Shown one piece after another: positions 1 through 10,311 of a DNA stretch of 64,000 bases. The stretch's first letter is position 1. Every line of letters starts with the position of its first letter. The notes below the pieces were generated by a model. The model was not told the origin of the DNA. It worked only from the letters and a program-made list of their open reading frames with translations, and searched no databases. Position numbers and translations under genes: made by a program. The stretch is taken from the sequence record SRR20825019_2588; one strand, written 5' to 3'.

Positions 1-316
1 TGCCGCGGCGAACCACTTCCATGCCGTCGCCATGACGGACGTACTGGGCACCGGCTTTGGGCGTGTCGTAATCATGAAACAAGCGGGACAGGGTGACACC
101 CAGCGCGTTGGCCAGATGTTCCAGCTTTTCGAGGCTGGGTGAGGTGAGACCGTTTTCAATCTTGCTCAGCATGCCACGGCTGACATTGGCACGTTTGCTG
201 ACTTCGGCAATGGTCAGCCCGTTTTCCATCCGTAAGTGGCGCAATGTATTGCCGAGATGTTTATCCAGTGAGTGGGGGGCTATCCCTGCTGTGATGAGCG
301 GTTCTTTGTTGTTCAC
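1..316 (-). CDS. XRE-family HTH transcriptional regulator (probably XRE-cupin), partial, runs off the left edge
   Basis: Not in the ORF track. Reverse-strand translation from GTG at 316: MNNKEPLITAGIAPHSLDKHLGNTLRHLRMENGLTIAEVSKRANVSRGMLSKIENGLTSPSLEKLEHLANALGVTLSRLF...GDGMEVVRRG. Classic HTH_3 signature; GGAG upstream; divergent from mgdA. Confidence 0.9.
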   Translation of the reverse strand, partial: MNNKEPLITAGIAPHSLDKHLGNTLRHLRMENGLTIAEVSKRANVSRGMLSKIENGLTSPSLEKLEHLANALGVTLSRLFHDYDTPKAGAQYVRHGDGMEVVRRG

Positions 317-392
317 GCCTGAAAATACTCCGTTGTATGCCTCTGTCAGGGCTTTGATTATACATCAGTTTTCAGGCTTCAGACCAAGCAAA

Positions 393-490
393 GATTCCTC
401 ATATGAAAAAAAGTTTCCAAGAAGTGTTGACATCAGAAATCAGTCATGAGTAAATGGAAATCAAGTTTCATATAGTGAAACAATGTTTAC
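393..490. promoter_or_regulatory. Putative mgd promoter (TTGACA 427-432) flanked by XRE-type operators
   Basis: Palindrome GTTTCA-tatag-TGAAAC at 465-481 and degenerate copy GATTCC-tcata-TGAAAA at 393-409. Half-sites GTTT(C/A)C start 20 bp after the start of each palindrome (413, 485). The -10 is weak (TAAATG 451-456). Confidence 0.55.
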
Positions 491-527
491 TAAAAAGGTG
501 GTAGCCCTCTCTACTCCTTAGGTAGTA
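488..527. promoter_or_regulatory. Tandem NarL-type 7-2-7 boxes upstream of mgdA
   Basis: TACTAAA-AA-GGTGGTA (488-503) and TACTCCT-TA-GGTAGTA (512-527), the same motif as at six other promoters in the window. Confidence 0.55.
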
Positions 528-558
528 GAAGCAAGCACCACGGCAGTGGAGGTTAAGA

Positions 559-1800
559 ATGCCATTAGGACTTTTGAAATACGGTCTCAGTAAGGAACAT
601 CCGGCACCACGGTTTTTCCAGGACCGTACTCAGCCCAAGAAAAGCTACGATGCCGTCATTATCGGCGGTGGGGGGCATGGTCTGGCTGCTGCCTACTACC
701 TCGCCAAAGACTATGGCATCACCAATGTCGCGGTGTTGGAAAAAGGCTATATCGGTGGCGGTAACACCGGCCGGAATACCACCATCGTGCGTTCCAACTA
801 TCTGACACCGGAAGGCGTCAATTTCTACGATGCCAGCGTCAAGATGTATGAAGATCTGTCGGAAGAGCTGGATCTCAATCTGTTCTATTCCACCCGCGGT
901 CACTTCACGCTGGCTCACACCGAATCCGCGATGCGAACGATGCGCTGGCGTGCCGAGGTCAATAAGCATGTTGGTGTAGAAAGTCGCGTGGTAGGAACTG
1001 ATGAAATTTCCCAGGCGTGTCCGCAACTGGATATCCAGTGTAGTGGCCAGGCACCCATCCTGGGTGCTTTGTATCACGCCCCCGGTTCTGTCGCCCGTCA
1101 TGATGCGGTCGCCTGGGGTTATGCCAAAGAAGCTGATCGTCTGGGCGTTGAAATCTTCCAGATGACGGAAGTGACCGGCATTGATGTAAAAAGCGGCAAG
1201 GTCGTTGGCGTCAACACCAATAAAGGTTATATCGAAACCAACCGGGTTTTGTCTGCGGTCGCCGGCTTCACTCCGCGTATCACCGACATGGTCGATATCG
1301 AAACCCCGATTGTGATTCACCCGTTGCAGGCCTGCGTCAGTGAGCCTATGAAACCCTGGCTCGACACCATTCTGGTCTCCGGCAGCCTGCACGTCTATGT
1401 CAGCCAGTCTTCACGCGGTGAGCTGGTGATGGGGTCATCACTGGACCCGTATGAAGTCCATTCGACGCGCAGTTCGCTGGACTTTGTCGAAGGTCTCACA
1501 TCCCACATCGTTGATATGTTCCCGTTCCTTTCCAACGTCAAAGTGGTTCGTCAGTGGGCCGGTATGGCTGATCTGACGCCGGACTTCGCACCGGTCATGG
1601 GTAAAACGCCGGTTGAAGGCTTCTACCTGGATGCTGGTTGGGGCACCTGGGGCTTCAAGGCGACCCCGATCAGCGGTAAGACGATGGCCGAAACCATCGC
1701 CCGTGATGTGGCACCGGATCTGATCCAGCCATTCCGTTTATCCCGTTTTGAAGACTACGAGCTGACCGGCGAGAAAGGCGCAGCCTCGGTCGGCCATTAA
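559..1800 (+). CDS. mgdA: N-methylglutamate dehydrogenase subunit A (sarcosine oxidase beta-like FAD oxidoreductase)
   Basis: GGGGHG FAD motif and GGGNTGRNTTIVRSNY; first of four soxBDAG-like genes followed by gmaS-mgsABC. Confidence 0.9.
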   Translation: MPLGLLKYGLSKEHPAPRFFQDRTQPKKSYDAVIIGGGGHGLAAAYYLAKDYGITNVAVLEKGYIGGGNTGRNTTIVRSNYLTPEGVNFYDASVKMYEDLSEELDLNLFYSTRGHFTLAHTESAMRTMRWRAEVNKHVGVESRVVGTDEISQACPQLDIQCSGQAPILGALYHAPGSVARHDAVAWGYAKEADRLGVEIFQMTEVTGIDVKSGKVVGVNTNKGYIETNRVLSAVAGFTPRITDMVDIETPIVIHPLQACVSEPMKPWLDTILVSGSLHVYVSQSSRGELVMGSSLDPYEVHSTRSSLDFVEGLTSHIVDMFPFLSNVKVVRQWAGMADLTPDFAPVMGKTPVEGFYLDAGWGTWGFKATPISGKTMAETIARDVAPDLIQPFRLSRFEDYELTGEKGAASVGH

Positions 1801-1813
1801 TGAGAGCTAAGCG

Positions 1814-2077
1814 ATGAAATTACTTCAATGTCCAATCAACGGCATCCGGCCTCTCAGCGAATTCACTTATGGCGGTGAGTACCGCGATATGCCGGATCCC
1901 GATAACTGCAGCGACAAGGAATGGGCTGCCTATGTGCATTACCGCAACGGCGCACCCGGTGTGAAGAAGGAATGGTGGTACCACGGCCCCAGCGGCACCT
2001 GGTTTATTGCCGAGCGCGACACGATGGCTGACAAAGTCATCCGTACCTACATTGCCGGTCAGGAGGAAGCAAAATGA
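1814..2077 (+). CDS. mgdB: N-methylglutamate dehydrogenase subunit B (sarcosine oxidase delta-like)
   Basis: CPxxGxR..EF.YGG and EWWYH..SGTWF..ERDT SoxD motifs; 87 aa. Confidence 0.9.
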   Translation: MKLLQCPINGIRPLSEFTYGGEYRDMPDPDNCSDKEWAAYVHYRNGAPGVKKEWWYHGPSGTWFIAERDTMADKVIRTYIAGQEEAK

Positions 2078-4986
2078 CCAGTCGAATTGCAAAGAAAAGA
2101 GGCGAGTGGATCAATCGCGACAAGCCCCTGACGTTTGAATACGAAGGTCAGCAGGTACAGGGTTATGAAGGCGATACCATCAGCAGTGCACTGTGGGCCA
2201 ACGGTATCCGGGTGCTGGGCCGCAGCTTTAAATATCACCGTGCCCGCGGTTTACTGAGCTTTGCCAACCATGATGTCAACGCCCTGATGACCGACGGCGA
2301 GGATACTAATATCCGCGCTGACGTCTGGCCGGTCAGTGATGGCATGGCTCTAAAAGCGGTCAACACTGATGGCGGCGTTATCAAGGACAAGAACAAGTAC
2401 ATTGACTACTTGTCACCGTTCCTGCCGGTGGGTTTCTATTACAAAACCTTTTATAAGCCCAAGCGCATGTTCCCGTTCTGGGAAGACAAAATCCGTAAAG
2501 CGGCCGGTCTGGGCGAGGTGAACTTTAATTACCCGCGCAATATCCGCCCTAAACGCCACGCTCATTGTGATGTGCTCGTGGTGGGAGCCGGTGCTGCCGG
2601 CATGTCTGCCGCGCTAACGGCAGCCGCGGAAGGCCTCAGCGTTATTCTGGTTGATGAAAATCGTCAGGCCGGCGGCAGTCTGAGCTATGACTATGCCGGT
2701 GATCAGACCTCAGCTGACACACTGAATTCACTGCTGAACGAAGTCGAAGCCAATCAGAACATCCGTCTGATTACCGATGCTTACGCTGGTGGTTACTACA
2801 CTGATCACCTGGTACCGATTGTCGAAAAAAGCGGTATTACCAAGGTACGTGCGCAATCGGTCATTGTGGCAACCGGTGTATTCGAACAACCGCCGGTGTT
2901 CCGCTATAACGATCTGCCCGGCGTGATGCTGGGTTCTGCCGCTCAGCGGCTGGTGCATCGTTATGCAGTCAAACCATTTGAAAAAGGCGTCGTCGTGACG
3001 GCCAATGATCATGGTTACCGCACTGCGCTGGATCTGGCCTCAGTGGGTGTTGAGGTTGTCGCTGTGATTGATATGCGTAGCAGCGGCGCCGGTCAGGACC
3101 TGACCCAGAAAGTCAAAGACAGCGGCATCAGTGTGCATAAAGGCAGCTGTATTTATGAAGCGGTGCCAAGCAGTAACAAACTCGGCATCAAAGAAGTGGT
3201 GGTGTGCCCTTATGACGAAAACACCGCTGAAGCCGATACCAGCAAAAGCGTTCGGCTGAGCTGTGATGGCGTTGCCATGAGTGCCGGCTGGGCGCCGGCA
3301 GCGGCCTTGTTATATCAGGCCGGCACCAAAATGGGTTACGACTACGACGTTGAGCAGTTCGTGCCGGCGCAGTTACCGGAAGGCGTTTTCGCTGCCGGTA
3401 AAGTCAATGGCGTGTTTGACTTGAAATCGCGTCAGCAGGATGGTCGCCGCGCTGCGGCTGAAGCAGCCAGTTACCTGGGTAAAGCGGTGCAGCTGGAAAG
3501 CTTTAAAGCGGCATCCGTTAACCGTCCTAGCCATCCTTATCCCATCGTCAATCACCCCAAAGGCAAGAACTTTGTCGACTTTGACGAGGATATCCAGGTT
3601 AAAGACTTTATCAATGCCGCCAAAGAAGGTTTCGACAATATTGAGTTGATGAAACGTTTCACTACTGTCGGCATGGGCCCGAGTCAGGGTAAGCATTCCA
3701 ATATGAATGCCATCCGAATCCTGGCCCGGATCCGTCAGCTGCCGGTAGAGAAGATCGGTACCACCACGGCACGGCCATTCTTTCATCCGACCCCAATTGG
3801 TCACCTGGGTGGCCGCGGTTTCCATCCGCACCGTTACACCGCGATGCACCAATGGCATGTGGAACATGGCGGTGAAATGATGGAAGCCGGTGTCTGGCTG
3901 CGGCCGGCTTATTACGCACCGGCCGGTTCCGGCCTGACTGCCAGTGAGGCGGTGCAGCAGGAAACGCTGGCTGTGCGTGAAAGCGTGGGCATGATTGACG
4001 GTAGTACGCTGGGCAAAATTGAAGTCTTCGGCAGTGATGCCGGTGCATTCCTGGAGCGTTTCTATACCGGCAAATTCGCTGATCAGAAAGTCGGTCGCAG
4101 TCGCATTGCCATGCTGCTGGATGAAGCAGGCGTGGTGAGTGATGACGGCGTCGCCGTGAGAATGGCAGAAGATCAATTTTATGTTTCTACCAACTCTTCT
4201 AACGCGGCCACGGTTTACCGTGAAATGCAACGCAATGTGCAGCTGTGGAAAATGCAGGTCACGCTGGTCAATCTGACCGGGGCGATGGCAGCGATGACTG
4301 TCGCCGGCCCCCAATCACGCGATGTGGTGGCCTCACTGACTGATATTGATATATCAGCTGAGGCGATGGGCAAAGGGGCTTTCAGTACCGGCAAAGTGGC
4401 CGGTGTCGATGCCCGAGTCATGCGTGTCAGCTTTGTCGCCGATCTGGCGTTTGAAATTCATGTGCCATACAAAGCCGGTCTGCATGTCTGGAAAGCGCTG
4501 ATGGAGGCGGGCAAATCGTCAGGTATCCGTCCATTTGGTACCGATGCTCAGCGTCTGCTGCGCCTGGAAATGGGGCATCACCTGGTCAGTCACGATACTG
4601 ATGGTCTGACCAATCCGTTTGAAGCTCATTCTGAATCTTTGGTGGCGATGGACAAGCCGTTCTTTATCGGCCAGCGCAGCCTGAAGATTCTGGAGAAGAA
4701 GCCTCTGAATAAGAAACTCACCACTTTTGTCCTCGACGCGGACTTTAATGGTGAAGTGCCAAATGAGTGCAACCTGATCATTGATAGTGCAAGCCAGATC
4801 GCGGGTCGTGTGACCAGTATCTCTTACAGCGGCTATCTCGATCGCCACATTGGTTTTGCCTTTGTGCCTCCTGAGCACAGCCATGCCGGTGCCCGTTTCC
4901 AGATCCGTACCGATTCCGGTGCGATGGTTGCGGCGACTGCCTGTAAGGCCCCGTTTTTCCACCTTTTAGAGAGTCGAGGAGAATGA
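2074..4986 (+). CDS. mgdC: N-methylglutamate dehydrogenase subunit C (sarcosine oxidase alpha-like, with GcvT-type THF-binding domain)
   Basis: GDTISSAL..GRSFKYHR, GAGAAG Rossmann motif, KRFTTVGMGPSQGK, C-terminal aminomethyltransferase domain (LRLEMG); ATGA overlap with mgdB. Confidence 0.9.
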   Translation: MTSRIAKKRGEWINRDKPLTFEYEGQQVQGYEGDTISSALWANGIRVLGRSFKYHRARGLLSFANHDVNALMTDGEDTNIRADVWPVSDGMALKAVNTDGGVIKDKNKYIDYLSPFLPVGFYYKTFYKPKRMFPFWEDKIRKAAGLGEVNFNYPRNIRPKRHAHCDVLVVGAGAAGMSAALTAAAEGLSVILVDENRQAGGSLSYDYAGDQTSADTLNSLLNEVEANQNIRLITDAYAGGYYTDHLVPIVEKSGITKVRAQSVIVATGVFEQPPVFRYNDLPGVMLGSAAQRLVHRYAVKPFEKGVVVTANDHGYRTALDLASVGVEVVAVIDMRSSGAGQDLTQKVKDSGISVHKGSCIYEAVPSSNKLGIKEVVVCPYDENTAEADTSKSVRLSCDGVAMSAGWAPAAALLYQAGTKMGYDYDVEQFVPAQLPEGVFAAGKVNGVFDLKSRQQDGRRAAAEAASYLGKAVQLESFKAASVNRPSHPYPIVNHPKGKNFVDFDEDIQVKDFINAAKEGFDNIELMKRFTTVGMGPSQGKHSNMNAIRILARIRQLPVEKIGTTTARPFFHPTPIGHLGGRGFHPHRYTAMHQWHVEHGGEMMEAGVWLRPAYYAPAGSGLTASEAVQQETLAVRESVGMIDGSTLGKIEVFGSDAGAFLERFYTGKFADQKVGRSRIAMLLDEAGVVSDDGVAVRMAEDQFYVSTNSSNAATVYREMQRNVQLWKMQVTLVNLTGAMAAMTVAGPQSRDVVASLTDIDISAEAMGKGAFSTGKVAGVDARVMRVSFVADLAFEIHVPYKAGLHVWKALMEAGKSSGIRPFGTDAQRLLRLEMGHHLVSHDTDGLTNPFEAHSESLVAMDKPFFIGQRSLKILEKKPLNKKLTTFVLDADFNGEVPNECNLIIDSASQIAGRVTSISYSGYLDRHIGFAFVPPEHSHAGARFQIRTDSGAMVAATACKAPFFHLLESRGE

Positions 4987-5657
4987 ATATGCAAGACGCC
5001 GTATTAATGAGTCCGGTGGCCTTTGCTCACGCATTAAGGAAGCCGGTCAACGGGGAAGTCAATGGCATGGAGACTGCATTGAGCTTCAATGCAGCCGATG
5101 TGGAAGCCAAACACAGCCAGACCTTGAGTATCTGTGATGTCAGCAATCTCAACCGTTTTGGTGTGAAAGGGCCACAAGCTGCTAACTGGTTGCAGACGGC
5201 CGGTATCAAGCTGCCTGACACCACCAACAGCTGGACGCCACAGGATAACGGCAGTCTGGTAATGCGTCTGGGTAATACCGAATTCCTGCTGGAAGACCAG
5301 CCGGAAAACGAAATGGCCCGCACGCTCAATGACACTGCTGTGAATGAAAGCGGCGTCCATAAAGTTTTGCGCAATGACGCAGCTTTTATCGTCAGCGGGA
5401 AGCTGACCCCAGCCTTGTTTTCTGAAGTGTGTGCCATCGATTTAGAAGGCGCAACACTGGAAGAAAATCGTCTGGTCATGACTGTCATCGCCGGTGTATC
5501 GGCAACGCTGCTGAAGCAGACGCTTAACGGCCAATCTGTTTATCGCATCTGGTGTGACGGAACCTTCGGACCTTATTTGTGGAAAACCCTGCTCGGCATC
5601 ATCGAAGAACAGGGCGGCGGCCCGGTCGGTTTCAACTTTTATTACAAGCTTAATTAA
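4983..5657 (+). CDS. mgdD: N-methylglutamate dehydrogenase subunit D (sarcosine oxidase gamma-like)
   Basis: Position after the alpha subunit; [13 protein letters not shown] and CAIDL motifs; ATGA overlap. Confidence 0.85.
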   Translation: MNMQDAVLMSPVAFAHALRKPVNGEVNGMETALSFNAADVEAKHSQTLSICDVSNLNRFGVKGPQAANWLQTAGIKLPDTTNSWTPQDNGSLVMRLGNTEFLLEDQPENEMARTLNDTAVNESGVHKVLRNDAAFIVSGKLTPALFSEVCAIDLEGATLEENRLVMTVIAGVSATLLKQTLNGQSVYRIWCDGTFGPYLWKTLLGIIEEQGGGPVGFNFYYKLN

Positions 5658-5695
5658 TCACCAACGCTGTTTATATAAACAGAAGGAAAGAGCTC

Positions 5696-7066
5696 ATGAA
5701 ATACGAACATAACGACACACTTCTGGAGTCAGCCCAAATTGAGCAGGCCAAGAAGTTTCTGAAAGACAATGACGTTAAATACGTCCTGGCCCAGTTTGTT
5801 GATATCCATGGTGTGGCGAAGGTTAAGTCTGTTCCCGCCGGGCATCTGGAAGACATTCTCAAAAACGGTGCCGGTTTTGCCGGTGGTGCTATCTGGGGCA
5901 TGGGCATTGCGCCTAATGGTCCGGACTATATGGCCGTCGGCGAACTCAGCACGCTGACTTTGCTGCCCTGGCAGCCGGGCTATGCGCGCATTATCTGTGA
6001 CGGTCACGTTAATGGCGAACCCTACAATCACGACAGCCGTGTGGTACTGAAAAAACAACTGAAACGGCTGGAAGAAAAAGGCTGGATCCTATACACCGGT
6101 CTGGAACCTGAATTTTCTTTGCTGCATAAAGACCCGGTGACCGGTCAATTATCACCCTGCGATGTCACTGACACCCTGCAAAAGCCTTGCTATGACTATA
6201 AAGGCATCAAGCGTCAAGGCGAATACCTGGAAAAAATGACTGAAGCATTGATGCAGGTCGGTCTCGATATTTACCAAATCGACCACGAAGATGCGAATGG
6301 TCAGTTTGAAATCAACTACACCTATGCTGATGCGCTCAAGAGTGCTGATGACTACATCATGTTCAAGATGGGTGCCAGCGAAATCGCCAATGAAATGGGC
6401 ATGATCTGCTCATTCATGTCGAAACCGTTCAGCAACCGTCCTGGTAACGGCATGCACATGCATATGTCGATTGGCGATGGTGAAAAGAGCCTGTTCCAGG
6501 ATGATAGCGATCCATCCGGTATGGGGCTTTCCAAGCTCGCTTATCACTTCATGGCAGGCATCCTGGCTCATGCACCGGCACTGACTGCGATTGCTGCACC
6601 GACCGTGAACTCATACAAACGTCTGGTAGTGGGTCGTTCGCTGTCCGGCGCCACTTGGGCACCAGCCTATATTTCCTACGGTAATAACAACCGTTCAACC
6701 ATGGTGCGGATCCCTTACGGCCGCATCGAACTGCGGCTGCCGGACGGCACCTGCAATCCTTATCTGACTGCTGCAGCGGCGATTGCTGCCGGTCTGGACG
6801 GCGTGGAACGCCAGCTGGATCCGGGTAAAGGTCACGACTCCAACCTCTATGACATGTCTCCGGCTGAGCTGGAAGAAAACGGCATCGGCATCCTGCCACA
6901 GAACCTCCATGAGGCTTTGCTGGCGCTGGAGAAAGATGACGTCGTCAAAGGGGCACTGGGTGAAGGACTGGCCAAGGAGTTTCTGGAACTGAAACACATG
7001 GAATGGGTGGAGTACATGCGTCATGTCTCCGATTGGGAAATCAACCGCTACGTTGAATTTTATTAA
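5696..7066 (+). CDS. gmaS: Gamma-glutamylmethylamide synthetase (GlnT-like glutamine synthetase homologue)
   Basis: [51 protein letters not shown]; lies between mgd and mgs. Confidence 0.92.
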   Translation: MKYEHNDTLLESAQIEQAKKFLKDNDVKYVLAQFVDIHGVAKVKSVPAGHLEDILKNGAGFAGGAIWGMGIAPNGPDYMAVGELSTLTLLPWQPGYARIICDGHVNGEPYNHDSRVVLKKQLKRLEEKGWILYTGLEPEFSLLHKDPVTGQLSPCDVTDTLQKPCYDYKGIKRQGEYLEKMTEALMQVGLDIYQIDHEDANGQFEINYTYADALKSADDYIMFKMGASEIANEMGMICSFMSKPFSNRPGNGMHMHMSIGDGEKSLFQDDSDPSGMGLSKLAYHFMAGILAHAPALTAIAAPTVNSYKRLVVGRSLSGATWAPAYISYGNNNRSTMVRIPYGRIELRLPDGTCNPYLTAAAAIAAGLDGVERQLDPGKGHDSNLYDMSPAELEENGIGILPQNLHEALLALEKDDVVKGALGEGLAKEFLELKHMEWVEYMRHVSDWEINRYVEFY

Positions 7067-7102
7067 TACTCCGCCTGAGAGGCGTTTTTTAGGAGAAATC
7101 TT

Positions 7103-8005
7103 ATGTGTGGAATCGTTGGTCTTTATCTGAAAAACGATAAGTACGAAAGCGAACTGGGCAAACTGTTCGCACCGATGCTGATTGCCATGACCGATCGCGG
7201 CCCGGATAGTGCCGGTTTCGCGGTCTACGGGGATGCTGTTGATGACGGTACCAAGCTGACCCTGCGTCATGAAGACGAAAACTATGACTGGGCTGCACTG
7301 GCGAAAGACATTGAAAAAGCCCTGGACACCAAAGTGGACTGGTTCCAGAACAGCAAAGTCGCCGTTTTCAAAGTCGGCGTAGAGGCTGAAAAAGTCGAAG
7401 ACTACCTGGAACAAAGCCACGCTGACGTGCTGGTCATGAGCTCAGGCAAATCTATCGAAATCCTGAAAGAAGTGGGTCTGCCGGAACGTATCGTTGATAT
7501 GTTCAAGCTGGAAAATATGAAAGGCAGCCACATTATCGGCCATACCCGCATGGCGACTGAATCTGCCGTGACCATGGCAGGCAGCCATCCATTCTCAACC
7601 GGTCTGGATCTGTGCCTGGTTCATAACGGTTCTTTTTCCAACCACAACCGTCTGCGCCAGGAACTGAAACGTGAAGGCATCGAATTCACTACTGAAAACG
7701 ATACTGAAGTCGCGGCAGGTTACCTGACCCATCGTCTGCAGCAGGGTGATTCGCTGAATGAAGCACTCGAAAACGCACTGAAAACGCTGGATGGTTTTTA
7801 CACCTTAACGATTGGCACCAAAGACGGTTTTGCCGTCGTGCGTGACCCGATTGCCTGTAAACCCGCTGTCATTGCAGAAACGGATGATTACGTGGCGATG
7901 GCTTCAGAATACCAGGCCTTAACAACCCTGCCCGGTATTGAAGACGCCAAGGTCTGGGAACCGGAACCTGCGCGCATTTACGTCTGGGAACGTAACGGCA
8001 ACTAA
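7103..8005 (+). CDS. mgsA: N-methylglutamate synthase subunit A (class II glutamine amidotransferase)
   Basis: N-terminal MCGI, RGPDSAG, GHTRMATES, VHNG, DTEVAA. Confidence 0.9.
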   Translation: MCGIVGLYLKNDKYESELGKLFAPMLIAMTDRGPDSAGFAVYGDAVDDGTKLTLRHEDENYDWAALAKDIEKALDTKVDWFQNSKVAVFKVGVEAEKVEDYLEQSHADVLVMSSGKSIEILKEVGLPERIVDMFKLENMKGSHIIGHTRMATESAVTMAGSHPFSTGLDLCLVHNGSFSNHNRLRQELKREGIEFTTENDTEVAAGYLTHRLQQGDSLNEALENALKTLDGFYTLTIGTKDGFAVVRDPIACKPAVIAETDDYVAMASEYQALTTLPGIEDAKVWEPEPARIYVWERNGN

Positions 8006-8028
8006 GACTAGGTGATTAGGAGAACATA

Positions 8029-8766
8029 ATGAGTACAAATAACTTAGCAGAGACCTCAGCCATCGAGACTATCAATGGCGTAGGCACGATCGACCTGGCA
8101 ACGCAGACTGTGCGTGACCTGAATCAGGCACTGCATGACCAACACGATGAAATGAGCATTGAAAAATGGGACGTGTTGAATCCGAAAGGCCACCATAACC
8201 TGGCTGTCGGCGTTAACCAGAAACTGAAAATCGATATCCACGGACCAGCCGGTTACTACTGTGCCGGCATGAACCAGGAAGCCGAAATCACCATTCACGG
8301 TCATACCGGTCAGGGTGTGGCAGAAAACATGATGTCAGGCCTGGTTCGCGTTAAAGGCAATGCCTCATCGGCAGCCGGTGCGACCGCACACGGTGGTCTG
8401 CTGGTGATTGAAGGCGATGCCGGCTCTCGCTGTGGTATTTCCATGAAAGGCGTCGACATCCTCGTTAAAGGCAGCGTTGGTCATATGAGCTGTTTTATGG
8501 GACAGGCCGGCGTTCTGGCAGTGTGTGGTGATGCTGGCGATGCGCTGGGCGATTCACTCTACGAAGCACACATCTATGTCAAAGGTTCAGTCAAATCGCT
8601 GGGTGCGGACTGCATTGAAAAAGAAATGCGTGCAGAACACATCGAGGAACTGACCGAACTGTTTGAACGTGCCGGTGTGACCGATCAGGACCCGAGAGAT
8701 TTCAAACGCTACGGCTCTGCCAGACAGCTTTACAACTTCAAAGTTGATAACGCTGGTGCTTATTAA
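8029..8766 (+). CDS. mgsB: N-methylglutamate synthase subunit B (GXGXG domain)
   Basis: Gly-rich beta-helix repeats (GYYCAGMN, GVAENMMSG, RCGISMKG). Confidence 0.9.
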   Translation: MSTNNLAETSAIETINGVGTIDLATQTVRDLNQALHDQHDEMSIEKWDVLNPKGHHNLAVGVNQKLKIDIHGPAGYYCAGMNQEAEITIHGHTGQGVAENMMSGLVRVKGNASSAAGATAHGGLLVIEGDAGSRCGISMKGVDILVKGSVGHMSCFMGQAGVLAVCGDAGDALGDSLYEAHIYVKGSVKSLGADCIEKEMRAEHIEELTELFERAGVTDQDPRDFKRYGSARQLYNFKVDNAGAY

Positions 8767-8791
8767 TTGCTGATATTGCGAGGAAATAGAA

Positions 8792-10126
8792 ATGAGTGAA
8801 AAGAGAAAATACATGACGGTACCGCGCGAGTCAGCGACATTTGACCGCTCGACGATGTCGGAAATCCGTCGTGCTGCCGATACTGGTATCTACGATATCC
8901 GCGGCGCCGGTGCCAAGCGTAAGCTGCCGCATTTTGACGATCTGCTTTTCCTGGGCGCGAGTATGTCTCGTTACCCGCTGGAAGGCTATCGTGAAAAATG
9001 CAACACCTCGGTGACCCTGGGTAACCGTTTTGCCAAGAAACCCATCGAGCTGGAAATCCCGGTCACGATTGCCGGTATGAGCTTCGGTGCCTTGTCTGCC
9101 TATGCGAAAGAAGCGCTGGGCCGTGGTGCCTCAGCGGTAGGTACATCCACCACTACCGGTGATGGCGGTATGACCCCGGAAGAACGGGGCCAATCCACCA
9201 AGCTGGTCTATCAATACCTGCCATCACGTTACGGTATGAACCCGGATGATCTGCGTAAAGCCGATGCCATTGAAGTGGTACTGGGCCAGGGCGCGAAACC
9301 GGGCGGTGGCGGTATGCTGCTGGGTCAGAAAATCACTGACCGTGTGGCTAAGATGCGTACCCTGCCAAAAGGCGTGGATCAACGTTCTGCCTGTCGTCAC
9401 CCTGACTGGACCGGTCCGGACGATCTGGAAATCAAGATCAAGGAACTGCGTGAAATCACAGACTGGCAGGTGCCTATTTACATCAAAGTCGGTGCCACCC
9501 GTACTTACTACGATGTGAAGCTGGCGGTTAAAGCCGGTGCTGACGTTATCGTGGTTGACGGTATGCAGGGCGGTACCGCGGCAACCCAGGATGTGTTTAT
9601 CGAACACGTCGGTATTCCGACAATGGCGGCCATTCCACAAGCCGTTCAGGCACTGCAGGAAATGGGCATGCACCGTAAGGTTCAGCTGATTGTTTCCGGT
9701 GGTATCCGTAACGGTGCCGACGTGGCCAAGTGTATGGCGCTGGGCGCTGACGCGGTCGCCATTGGTACCGCTGCGATGGTGGCATTGGGTGATAACGATC
9801 CGAAATGGGAAGACGAGTACCAGAAACTGGGCTCTACAGCGGGTTCTTACGATGACTGGCATGAAGGTCGTGACCCGGCTGGTATTTCCACCCAGGATCC
9901 AGAACTGATGAAACGCTTTGACCCGATTGAAGGTGGCCGTCGTCTGGCGAACTACCTGCGTGTTTTAACCCTGGAAGCGCAAACCCTGGCCCGTGCCTGC
10001 GGTAAGAACGACCTGCGTAACCTGGAACCGGAAGATCTGGTTGCCCTGACTGTTGAATCTGCTGCGATGGCCCGTGTTCCATTGGCCGGCACCAGCTGGA
10101 TTCCGGGTCAGCAACAGTCTTTCTAA
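8792..10126 (+). CDS. mgsC: N-methylglutamate synthase subunit C (FMN-binding glutamate synthase domain)
   Basis: MSFGALS, TTGDGG, GQGAKPGGGGML, DGMQGGTAA, SGGIRNGADVAK. Confidence 0.92.
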   Translation: MSEKRKYMTVPRESATFDRSTMSEIRRAADTGIYDIRGAGAKRKLPHFDDLLFLGASMSRYPLEGYREKCNTSVTLGNRFAKKPIELEIPVTIAGMSFGALSAYAKEALGRGASAVGTSTTTGDGGMTPEERGQSTKLVYQYLPSRYGMNPDDLRKADAIEVVLGQGAKPGGGGMLLGQKITDRVAKMRTLPKGVDQRSACRHPDWTGPDDLEIKIKELREITDWQVPIYIKVGATRTYYDVKLAVKAGADVIVVDGMQGGTAATQDVFIEHVGIPTMAAIPQAVQALQEMGMHRKVQLIVSGGIRNGADVAKCMALGADAVAIGTAAMVALGDNDPKWEDEYQKLGSTAGSYDDWHEGRDPAGISTQDPELMKRFDPIEGGRRLANYLRVLTLEAQTLARACGKNDLRNLEPEDLVALTVESAAMARVPLAGTSWIPGQQQSF

Positions 10127-10151
10127 GCCCCGTTTTTAACGAGCGATCGAA

Positions 10152-10248
10152 ATAAGGGCCGGTACCGCAATGAATCAAACTACTTAATTGATCCTTACCC
10201 CGTCATTAAGTGCTTTTTTTCAGCGTGGTATCGGCCCTTATCTTTTTT
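10152..10248 (+). terminator. Long compound hairpin / probable terminator after mgsC
   Basis: 17-bp stem ATAAGGGCCGGTACCGC (10152-10168) / GTGGTATCGGCCCTTAT (10225-10241) followed by a T-run; inner AT-rich stem 10182-10211. Confidence 0.6.
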
Positions 10249-10311
10249 GCATTTTTTTATCAGGAGGAATCAGTGTAATTCACCAGTTTTAACAAGAGAG
10301 AGGAAATAATC

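Noticed and set aside
93-449. 118-aa plus-strand ORF in the track
   Set aside because: Antisense shadow of the XRE regulator; it runs over the promoter and has no motif.
559-5657. Annotation as true sarcosine oxidase soxBDAG
   Set aside because: Direct linkage to gmaS-mgsABC indicates N-methylglutamate dehydrogenase.
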